A stretch of DNA of 64,000 nt from Eubacteriales bacterium (GTDB lineage Bacteria > Bacillota > Clostridia > Oscillospirales > CAG-382), in contig JAZQKV010000017.1 in the NCBI GenBank assembly GCA_045542335.1, positions 12,169 through 76,168 on the forward strand, in the 5' to 3' direction. Shown here one piece after another: positions 36,704 to 44,877 of this stretch. Made by a program: the position numbers and the translations under genes. Every line of letters begins with the position of its first letter. The stretch's first letter is position 1. Under the pieces are notes generated by a model. The model saw only the letters and a program-made list of their open reading frames with translations, searched no databases and had not been told where the DNA came from.

Positions 36704-37837
36704 ATGATGAGGATAAACTTGACTAAAAGATTGTTGCTTGCTTTTGTTGCTATTGTTGTTTTTTGCGTTTCTGTAACAGGGTGCGACAAGGTTGAAAATG
36801 CCCCGGTTGTGTGGGTTGAGGATGAGGACGGAAATGTCTTGACCTCAATTGATGAAGGAATGTTTTCATATTTTGCCGCCGAACAGAAAACTGTGAATAT
36901 GTTTAACTTGCTTGGTGCGGATGCGGAAACTTTTGCGAACTATGCAAAGCAGTATGACACTCCCGATTTCTGGAATCAGCTTGATTCCGAGGGAGAGGTC
37001 ACATTCGGGGAGACCGTTTTTGACGAGGCAATTGTCCTTGAAGCAAAAAAGCTGGTTATTGCAACATATCTTTTTGACGAGGTGTATGGTCTTGTTTGCC
37101 CCGACGAGGTGTATGAAAAAATTGATGAGCAAATGGCAAGTCTTAAAACCTCAATGGGCTCGGAAAAGGCTCTTGAAAACTATCTCATCGGCTATGGCGC
37201 AAATTCCGGACAGGTGAGAAAGCTTTCGGAAATGCAATATAAAAAGAGTATTCTTGAATCGGCAATGTTTACAAAAGAGGTGGGCGGAACACCTATTACC
37301 GACGAAAATATCCGCAATTATTTTGAGCAGAATTATTCCATTGTGAAGCACATCCTTGTCAACACCGCTTTTGTTGTAAAGGACGACGGAACCATGCGCG
37401 GGCTCACCGAGGACGAGCTTGCCGCAAAGAAAGACGAGGTTGCAGCAATCGAAGCAAGAATTGCCGCAGGAGAGGATTTTGATGCCCTTGCGGAGGAATT
37501 CAAGGATGCCGATGCGGCAGGATATGCGGCAAACCCACACGGCTATTTTGTAACAGATGACAACACGTTTACAACAGAGTTTCAGGATGCCGCCCTATCA
37601 ATGAAAGATGGCGAGGTCAGAACGGTAAACACTCTTTACGGTACTCACATTATGAAAAAATATCCCATGAATGGCGAGCTTTTCAACGCTTATGAGGATG
37701 TCTACAATAAAATGAGTGTGGCAATGAAAAATGAAGTGTTGACAGCGTTTTATGACGGTTGCATGGAAATTGTCGGAACGGATGAGGAAATCATCGGAAG
37801 CTACGACATAACAACTGTTTCAATGCTTTTGGGGTAA
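36704..37837 (+). CDS. PrsA/SurA-like peptidyl-prolyl isomerase lipoprotein (parvulin type)
   Basis: Has a lipobox (...VFCVSVTGC) and a parvulin-type segment (VKHILV...GYFVTDD...G.H..K). The position after mfd is common in Firmicutes. Confidence 0.7.
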   Translation: MMRINLTKRLLLAFVAIVVFCVSVTGCDKVENAPVVWVEDEDGNVLTSIDEGMFSYFAAEQKTVNMFNLLGADAETFANYAKQYDTPDFWNQLDSEGEVTFGETVFDEAIVLEAKKLVIATYLFDEVYGLVCPDEVYEKIDEQMASLKTSMGSEKALENYLIGYGANSGQVRKLSEMQYKKSILESAMFTKEVGGTPITDENIRNYFEQNYSIVKHILVNTAFVVKDDGTMRGLTEDELAAKKDEVAAIEARIAAGEDFDALAEEFKDADAAGYAANPHGYFVTDDNTFTTEFQDAALSMKDGEVRTVNTLYGTHIMKKYPMNGELFNAYEDVYNKMSVAMKNEVLTAFYDGCMEIVGTDEEIIGSYDITTVSMLLG

Positions 37838-37882
37838 CTTTTAAAAACAGAAACTGACAGACGAAAGGGGAGTGACTTTCCC

Positions 37883-38443
37883 GTGAACAGAGGCGAAACA
37901 GAAACACGGACAAAGGTTTTTTACAGCATAATTTTCACGATAACGTTTCTATTTGCGGCGGTGATTGTGCCTCGCATGGGTATAACGTTTTCCTTTTTAT
38001 CATTTGGCGGAAAGATTTCGGTGAGCAGGGTTACACCCGACATTCTTCTTTCACTTGTTATAATTTGCTCGATGATATGTTCAAACAGGCTTGCGTGCGT
38101 GCTTGGACTTGTGTTTGGCTTTATTTATGATGTAACGGCGGGTACACCGTATATGTTTACGCCTGTTATCTACACGGTTTCGGGCATTGTTGCGCCAAAG
38201 CTTTCGGAGAGCTTTGCCAATAAGGGAATATTCGGCGTGCTTGTTTCAGCACTTGAAATTTTTGCGGCAAGAGGAGTTATAACGGCTTTTTATCACCTTG
38301 CAACCTGGAGAGAGGTTTCGCTTTCCACACTTGTTGTGGGAACGGTTTTGCCGGAAATACTTTATAATCTCATTGCGGCGGCGGTGATGTTTTACATAAC
38401 CGTTTTCCTTGCAAGGCTTTTCAGGGTGGAAACAGATGTGTAA
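37883..38443 (+). CDS. Polytopic membrane protein, MreD-like
   Basis: GTG start behind AAAGGGGAG. The segment TPDILLSLVIICSMICSNRLACVLGLVFGFIYDVTAG resembles the MreD core, but no mreB/mreC is adjacent. Confidence 0.35.
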   Translation: MNRGETETRTKVFYSIIFTITFLFAAVIVPRMGITFSFLSFGGKISVSRVTPDILLSLVIICSMICSNRLACVLGLVFGFIYDVTAGTPYMFTPVIYTVSGIVAPKLSESFANKGIFGVLVSALEIFAARGVITAFYHLATWREVSLSTLVVGTVLPEILYNLIAAAVMFYITVFLARLFRVETDV

Positions 38444-39326
38444 TGAGCTTTCCTGCACGCTTTGTCCGAGGACTTGCGGTGCAGACAGGAAAAACAACAA
38501 AGGTTTTTGCGGCGTAAAGGCGGATTTTTGCGTCGCTCGGGCAGGACTCCATCTTTGGGAGGAGCCTTGCATTTCATACGGAGCGGGGTCGGGAACGGTG
38601 TTCTTTTCCGGCTGTCCGCTCCGTTGCGTTTTTTGTCAGAATCACGAGATTTCAGGGGGTAAAAAAGGCAGGTATATTGACGAAAAAGAGCTTGAAGGAG
38701 TGATTTTTGACCTTGAACAAAAAGGGGCGGTCAATATAAATTTCGTCAGTCCCACGCAATATGCCAAGAGTCTTGCAAAGCTTCTTGAAAGAATAAAACC
38801 AAGGCTTTGCGTTCCGGTTGTTTATAACACGGGCGGTTATGAAAAGGTTGAAACGCTCAAAATGCTTGACGGACTTATTGACGTTTATCTGCCGGATATA
38901 AAATATTATTCGCAGGAGGTTTCTTTGCGTTATTCAAATGCCGGGGATTATTTTGAAAAGGCGATTTGTGCTGTTAAGGAAATGCAGAGGCAAACGGGAT
39001 ATGGCATGATTGAAGCTGATGGCGGCATGAAAAAGGGACTTTGCGTGCGGCATCTTGTGCTTCCGGGTCAGCGAAAGGATTCCATGCGTATTCTTGATGA
39101 GCTTGCGGCAAATTTTGAGCCGGCGAAGCTTTATATAAGCATAATGCGTCAATATTTCCCCACCGGACTTGTTGACGACACACATTTTCCCGAAATAAAC
39201 CGGAAACTCACAAGCCTTGAATATGACAGCGTTGTTGGTCACGCTGCAAGCCTTGGCTTTGTCAACGGATTTACACAGGGAAAAGACAGCGCAGAGGGAA
39301 GCTTTGTGCCGGATTTTGATTTTTGA
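38436..39326 (+). CDS. Radical SAM protein, PflX-like (homologue of pyruvate formate-lyase activase)
   Basis: N-terminal Cys cluster CNELSCTLCPRTCGADR...GFCG and radical SAM motif CPLRCVFCQN. The start overlaps the upstream gene by 8 nt. Confidence 0.75.
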   Translation: MCNELSCTLCPRTCGADRKNNKGFCGVKADFCVARAGLHLWEEPCISYGAGSGTVFFSGCPLRCVFCQNHEISGGKKGRYIDEKELEGVIFDLEQKGAVNINFVSPTQYAKSLAKLLERIKPRLCVPVVYNTGGYEKVETLKMLDGLIDVYLPDIKYYSQEVSLRYSNAGDYFEKAICAVKEMQRQTGYGMIEADGGMKKGLCVRHLVLPGQRKDSMRILDELAANFEPAKLYISIMRQYFPTGLVDDTHFPEINRKLTSLEYDSVVGHAASLGFVNGFTQGKDSAEGSFVPDFDF

Positions 39327-39341
39327 TAACAAAGGAGCTTT

Positions 39342-40115
39342 TTGGGGTTGGGAAAAAACAATTGTGTTCAAAAGACAATGCTCATTTTAAGGATTCTTGC
39401 CGATGCAAAGGGCAAGAGCGTGACGCTTTCGGATATTTCGGAATTGACGGGAATAAATAAGAGTACCGCAAGCCATATTATCAAAGATCTTTGCTGCATG
39501 GGATATGTGACAAGGGTGAGCCACAGAGAGGGGTACACAACGGGTCCGGAGCTTTTCTTTCTCACACGCTATGGCAGATTTGGCGGCGAATATGTGAGCA
39601 TTTGCCATCCGCTTCTGGAGTGGCTCTGCAAAAAAACAGGTGGCACAGCCATTCTTGCGGTTGTTGAGGGTGGAAAAAAGTATATTATTGACTATGTTGA
39701 GGGAGATTTGCATTATAAGGATTCGGGAGCTTTTATTATGGGCGACGACCTTTACAGAACTGTTACGGGCAGAGTGATTCTGGCAAATATTCCCACTCAC
39801 GAAGCGTTGGAGATTTTCAACGAAAACGGCGTGCCGCCAAAAGGTCATTGGAATGAGGTTTGTGACAGGGAGTCATTTTTGCATGAGCTTTCGCTGATAC
39901 GCAAAGACAGCGTTTTTGGTATGATCAATGAAAATGAGGGACGTGTGCTTTGTTCGTTTGCATCTGCGCTGTTTTCGGGCGCAAAATGCTTGGGAGCATT
40001 GGGACTTGTTGTTGCAAGGGAAGAAAAAACGCTTGATGGCGGTGAGCTTGCGGGTATAAACGAGCTTGTTTCACGTGCAAGAAAAGAATTCCAGCGAAGA
40101 CTTGAGTTTTCATGA
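39342..40115 (+). CDS. IclR-family transcriptional regulator
   Basis: Winged HTH (LRILADAKGKSVTLSDISELTGINKSTASHIIKDLCCMGYV) plus a C-terminal effector-binding domain of IclR size. The start is uncertain: TTG at 39342 or 39348 behind AAAGGAG, or ATG at 39378. Confidence 0.8.
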   Translation: MGLGKNNCVQKTMLILRILADAKGKSVTLSDISELTGINKSTASHIIKDLCCMGYVTRVSHREGYTTGPELFFLTRYGRFGGEYVSICHPLLEWLCKKTGGTAILAVVEGGKKYIIDYVEGDLHYKDSGAFIMGDDLYRTVTGRVILANIPTHEALEIFNENGVPPKGHWNEVCDRESFLHELSLIRKDSVFGMINENEGRVLCSFASALFSGAKCLGALGLVVAREEKTLDGGELAGINELVSRARKEFQRRLEFS

Positions 40116-40231
40116 ATATGAATAAAATGAGTTTTACATGGCATGATGCACAAATTTCGGGCAATTCAGATGCAAAAAAATGACTTTGTGCTGAACACTT
40201 CGTCAAATCAACCAAAAGTTGCGGATTTCTA

Positions 40232-40260
40232 TTGACGTAAATAACGGATTATGGTAAAAT
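40232..40260 (+). promoter_or_regulatory. Sigma-A promoter of the four-gene beta-helix operon
   Basis: TTGACG-N17-TAAAAT lies about 100 nt upstream of the ATG at 40360. It is the only good promoter I see between 40116 and 47379. Confidence 0.55.
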
Positions 40261-40359
40261 AAATTCGTATATAAAAGGCATTTGAAATAACTTTGATGTA
40301 CATTTTAAAAGGACGGAATAATAGACCGTTCGCAGAATATTTTTTCGGAGGTAGACAAG

Positions 40360-41880
40360 ATGTTGAAGCTTGCTGACAAGGAATTTCTTTGCGAAATTGA
40401 CAAAAAGGCGGAGGAGATGAAGAAAAAGATTCTCACCTCTCCCGACACAATTACATACACGGGCAAGGCACACTATGTTGCTGAAGACGGAAATGACGAA
40501 AACGACGGTCTTTCACCCGAAAAAGCGTGGAAAACAAACAAGAGGGTTTCCGATGCCTCAAAGAACGGAGAGCTTTGCGAGGGCGATGCTGTTCTCTTTA
40601 AGAGAGGGGATATTTTCAGAGGTCAGGTTGTTGTTGCTCCGGGCGTGACCTATGCTGCATATGGTAAGGGCGACAAGCCGAAAATTTATGGCTATGAGGT
40701 TGACCTTGCTGACCCCTGCAAGTGGGAGGTGTACAACGCCGAAAAGCACATCTGGAAATACACCGATAAAATCCTTGATGCAGGAACTCTCGTGTTCAAC
40801 CATGGCGAAAAGCACTCGATAAAGCTTATTCCCACATACACCCGTGAGGGCAAGTTTGTGCTTCGTGACAACACGGATGTACCCTTTGTTATGGAGGAGC
40901 AGATGGTAAGAGACCTTGACATTTTCTCTGACACACGCATGAGATTTACTGAGCCTCCGGCAGATGACGAAAAGCTTTTCCCTGTACCTTTGGTTACGCA
41001 GGAAGATTTTGGCGACCTTTATCTCAGATGTGACGGTGGAAATCCCGGTGAAATCTTTGATTCAATCGAAATTCTTCCCAAGAGAAACACCTTTGCCATA
41101 GGCGGAAGAAGCAACGTTAAAATTGACAACCTCTGCATAAAGTATTGCGGAGCACATGGTATTGGCGGCGGCGGAAGTGTAGAGGGGCTCCGTGTGACAA
41201 ACTGCGAAATAGGTTGGATTGGCGGCTCAATTCAGCACTACAACGGCTCAAACGCGCGTTGCGGAATTGTTACCCGTTACGGAAACGGTATCGAGATTTA
41301 CGGTGCCTGCAAGGATTACACCGTGGACAACTGTTGGGTATACGAGTGCTACGATGCAGGTCTTACACATCAGGCAAGTGCCGGTGCGATGAAGAGAGAC
41401 GTTTGCATGATTGACGTTTACTACACAAACAATCTCCTTGAGGACAGCGTTTACAACATCGAGTATTTCCTTTCCGAAACAGAGAATACAAACAGCATAA
41501 TGGATAATTTTGAGATAAGCGGAAACATCATGCGTCGTGCAGGCAACGGATGGGGCAGACAGCGTTACAATCCCGATTCTCCTGCAAATATCAAGAGCTG
41601 GGGGGCATCCAATCCTGCGAAGAATTACAGAATTTTCAATAATATCATTGACCGTGGAACACAGCGTTTGCTTCACATCATCGCACAGGATAAAGAGAGC
41701 CTACCCGATATGCACGACAATATTTATATTCAGACCGAGGGCGGAAAGCTCGGTTTTATGGGTGTAAGAGACACCGAAACCGCAAAGACTCATTTTGCCT
41801 ACGATGACAAAGCACCCGAAGTGCTTGCAGAGGTATTTGGCGAAAAGAACAGTGAGTTTTACTATTATACCGAAGAATAA
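40360..41880 (+). CDS. Leaderless beta-helix protein (paralogue 4)
   Basis: No signal peptide. Motifs: EIDKKAEEMKKKIL, HYVAEDGNDENDGLSPEKAWKT, GAHGIGGG, WIGGSIQ, RYGNGIEIYGAC, YDAGLTHQ and GWGRQR...NIKSW. Confidence 0.8.
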   Translation: MLKLADKEFLCEIDKKAEEMKKKILTSPDTITYTGKAHYVAEDGNDENDGLSPEKAWKTNKRVSDASKNGELCEGDAVLFKRGDIFRGQVVVAPGVTYAAYGKGDKPKIYGYEVDLADPCKWEVYNAEKHIWKYTDKILDAGTLVFNHGEKHSIKLIPTYTREGKFVLRDNTDVPFVMEEQMVRDLDIFSDTRMRFTEPPADDEKLFPVPLVTQEDFGDLYLRCDGGNPGEIFDSIEILPKRNTFAIGGRSNVKIDNLCIKYCGAHGIGGGGSVEGLRVTNCEIGWIGGSIQHYNGSNARCGIVTRYGNGIEIYGACKDYTVDNCWVYECYDAGLTHQASAGAMKRDVCMIDVYYTNNLLEDSVYNIEYFLSETENTNSIMDNFEISGNIMRRAGNGWGRQRYNPDSPANIKSWGASNPAKNYRIFNNIIDRGTQRLLHIIAQDKESLPDMHDNIYIQTEGGKLGFMGVRDTETAKTHFAYDDKAPEVLAEVFGEKNSEFYYYTEE

Positions 41881-41917
41881 TATCTGAAAATACGCATAGA
41901 AAACGGAGGACAGAGCA

Positions 41918-43366
41918 ATGCTTGAATACGCAACAAAAGAGCTTTATGAGGAGCTTGACAAAAAAGCTGACGACATGAGGAAGGCGATTCTCGCCACAAA
42001 AACAGATGTAACTTACACCGGCAAGGCGCACTATGTTGCAAACGACGGAAACGATGAGAACGACGGCCTTACTCCCGAAACCGCATGGAAAACCAACGCA
42101 AGGGTTTCGGAGGCAGAGCTTTGTGAGGGCGATGCGGTCTTCTTCAAGAGAGGAGACCTTTTCAGAGGTCAGCTCAAGACCAAGCCCGGTGTTACCTATT
42201 CCGCATACGGCGAGGGCGACAAGCCGAAGATTTATTCATACCATGAAAATGCCGCAATCCCCGAAAAGTGGGAGCTTTACAACAAGGAGCTTAATATCTG
42301 GCGTTACAAGGACCCTATGCTTGATTCAGGAACAATAGTTTTCAACGAGGGCGAACACGTCGGTCTCAAGGAAATCCCCTCATTTATTGATGGTGAGTTC
42401 AGGGTAAGAAAAGAGCCGGAAAAGAAATATGTATTTGAAGAGCACCTCACAAAGGAGTTTATGTTCTTCCAGGACAACTGCGGAAAGCTTAATCCCGCCG
42501 GTAAGCCTTGTCCCGGAGATCCTGCAAACAACAACGGTTTTCTCTATCTCAAGTTTTCCGGCGGCAACCCCGGCGAGGTGTTTGATTCAATTGAATTTTT
42601 GCCGAAGTTCAACCTTGTGCAGATAGGTGGCGACAACATTCACATAGACAACCTCTGCATAAGATATGCCGGAGCACACGGTATTGGTGCAGGTACGGTT
42701 GACGGACTTTGCGTTACAAACTGCGAAATCGGCTGGATTGGCGGTACGATTCAGTTCTACAGTTCCGAGACAGGACACGTTGTTCGTTACGGAAACGGTG
42801 TTGAAATTTACGGCGGATGCCACAATTACACAATTTCAAACTGCTGGATTTACGAGTGCTATGACGCAGGTGTGACCCATCAGGTTCAGGCGAGGGAAAG
42901 ACATCTTGATATGTTTGACGTTACCTACAGCGACAACCTCATTGAAAAATGCGTTTACAACATTGAATATTTCCTCTCACGCCTCACCCCCGAAAACACC
43001 TGTACCATGAAGAATTTCATTATAAAGAACAACTTCCTTCGTTTCAGCGGATTCGGTTGGGGCAGACAGCGTCCCGGTCACGCAAACGCACACATCAAGG
43101 GATGGGATGCGGATAATCCTGCCATAAACTATGTTATTGAAAACAACATTCTTGACAGAGCCACCGACATGATGGTCCACATCGGATACAACCGTGGAGA
43201 AGACCCCGTTCTTAAGAACAACACCTATATCCAATATCCCAATGCACAGTTCGGACGTATCGGCAAGGCTCCCACAGACCTTGTTACATATGATATTGAA
43301 AGAATCGACAAAATTGCCGCAGAAAAATTCTTTGATGAGGGCGGAAAGTTCTATATCGCATATTAA
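41918..43366 (+). CDS. Leaderless beta-helix protein (paralogue 5)
   Basis: No signal peptide. Motifs: ELDKKADDMRKAIL, HYVANDGNDENDGLTPETAWKT, GAHGIGAG, WIGGTIQ, RYGNGVEIYGGC, YDAGVTHQ and GWGRQRP...HIKGW. The gap to the upstream gene is 37 nt. Confidence 0.8.
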   Translation: MLEYATKELYEELDKKADDMRKAILATKTDVTYTGKAHYVANDGNDENDGLTPETAWKTNARVSEAELCEGDAVFFKRGDLFRGQLKTKPGVTYSAYGEGDKPKIYSYHENAAIPEKWELYNKELNIWRYKDPMLDSGTIVFNEGEHVGLKEIPSFIDGEFRVRKEPEKKYVFEEHLTKEFMFFQDNCGKLNPAGKPCPGDPANNNGFLYLKFSGGNPGEVFDSIEFLPKFNLVQIGGDNIHIDNLCIRYAGAHGIGAGTVDGLCVTNCEIGWIGGTIQFYSSETGHVVRYGNGVEIYGGCHNYTISNCWIYECYDAGVTHQVQARERHLDMFDVTYSDNLIEKCVYNIEYFLSRLTPENTCTMKNFIIKNNFLRFSGFGWGRQRPGHANAHIKGWDADNPAINYVIENNILDRATDMMVHIGYNRGEDPVLKNNTYIQYPNAQFGRIGKAPTDLVTYDIERIDKIAAEKFFDEGGKFYIAY

Positions 43367-43419
43367 AAAGCCTTTGGCACTATGACAGAATCAAAAAATA
43401 CTTTTCGGAGGATAAAACA

Positions 43420-44832
43420 ATGGCACTCAATTATGCAACACCCGAATTTCTTGCAGAGCTTGACAAAAAAGCCGACGAAATGCGTGAAAAGATACTGGGC
43501 ACCAAAACTGAGGTTACATACACAGGCAAGGCGTACTACGTTTCAAATGACGGAAACGATGCAAATGACGGCTCGGAAAATGCTCCCTGGGCGACACTTG
43601 CAAAGGCTTCCGAGGCAGAGCTTTGCGAGGGTGACGCTGTATTTTTCAAGAGAGGCGACCTTTTCAGAGGTCAGCTTATCACAAAGCAGGGCGTAACATA
43701 TTCCGCATATGGAGAAGGCTCAAAGCCCAAACTCTATGGCTCTCCATTTGACATGGCAGACGAGAGCAAATGGATTCTCACCGACACTCCCGACGTTTAT
43801 ATGTATGATGCAGAGCTTTGCAACGACATTGGCGCACTTGTATTTAACCACGGCGAAAGCTGGGGCATTAAAGTTATGAAGCTTCGCAATGACGAAAACG
43901 ACGACTGCCTCAACCTTGAAACAGGCGAACCCTTTAACAGCTATCGTGACCTTTGCCACGACCTTGATTTCTGGCACGCATACCGTGAAAACGAGGAAAA
44001 GGCTCTTTACCTCTGTTCAAAGGAGGGCAATCCCGGTCAGCGTTTCAAATCCATTGAATTTTCGCCAAAGGGCAACCTTATAAGAGGTACACACGGTGTC
44101 ACAATCGACAATCTCTGCATCAAATATTGCGGAAGCCACGGTGTTGGTGCAGGCACAACCCATGACCTTAAAATCCAGAACTGTGAGTTCGGCTGGATAG
44201 GCGGCTCTATTCAGGGCGAGGCGATTTTCGGAAGAAAGCACCCCACTCGTTTCGGCAACGCCGTTGAGATTTACGGTGGCTGTGAGAACTATTCCGTTGT
44301 CAACAGCTGGTTTTATCAGGTTTACGATGCGGCAATTACCCATCAGGTAAATGCACGGGGTCAGCATATCGACATGAAAAACGTGCTTTATGCCGACAAC
44401 CTCATCGAAACAAGCTCCTATTCCATCGAGTATTTCCTCTCTGCCGTTGAGGATACGGGCAGTATGATGGATAACTACATCGTTGAAAACAACTTCTGTC
44501 GCAATGCAGGCTACGGCTGGGGTGATCAGCGTCCCGACAAGGACACTCCTGCTCACATCAAGGGCTGGAATGCCGACAACCCTGCAAGAGGATATATCAT
44601 AAGAAACAACATCTTCGACAGAGGTCGCTATAATATTCTTCAATCCGGATGCATGGATAAGGAGTCCGAGGCAAAGCTTGAAAACAACATCTATATTCAG
44701 TATGAGGGCAACCGCCTTGGAAACTTCGGAAAGAATCCTGCACCCATGATGATGTTTGACGAAAGCGCAGAGGATGTCATAAAGAATACTTACGGCGACA
44801 AGGGTGCAAAGGTTTATTGGGTTAAGAAATAA
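43420..44832 (+). CDS. Leaderless beta-helix protein (paralogue 6)
   Basis: No signal peptide. Motifs: ELDKKADEMREKIL, YYVSNDGNDANDG, GSHGVGAG, WIGGSIQ, RFGNAVEIYGGC, YDAAITHQ and GWGDQRP...HIKGW. The gap to the upstream gene is 53 nt. Confidence 0.8.
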   Translation: MALNYATPEFLAELDKKADEMREKILGTKTEVTYTGKAYYVSNDGNDANDGSENAPWATLAKASEAELCEGDAVFFKRGDLFRGQLITKQGVTYSAYGEGSKPKLYGSPFDMADESKWILTDTPDVYMYDAELCNDIGALVFNHGESWGIKVMKLRNDENDDCLNLETGEPFNSYRDLCHDLDFWHAYRENEEKALYLCSKEGNPGQRFKSIEFSPKGNLIRGTHGVTIDNLCIKYCGSHGVGAGTTHDLKIQNCEFGWIGGSIQGEAIFGRKHPTRFGNAVEIYGGCENYSVVNSWFYQVYDAAITHQVNARGQHIDMKNVLYADNLIETSSYSIEYFLSAVEDTGSMMDNYIVENNFCRNAGYGWGDQRPDKDTPAHIKGWNADNPARGYIIRNNIFDRGRYNILQSGCMDKESEAKLENNIYIQYEGNRLGNFGKNPAPMMMFDESAEDVIKNTYGDKGAKVYWVKK

Positions 44833-44877
44833 TAATTCCGAATCGGGACAAAAGCTTTTTATGAAAGGATTTGAAAA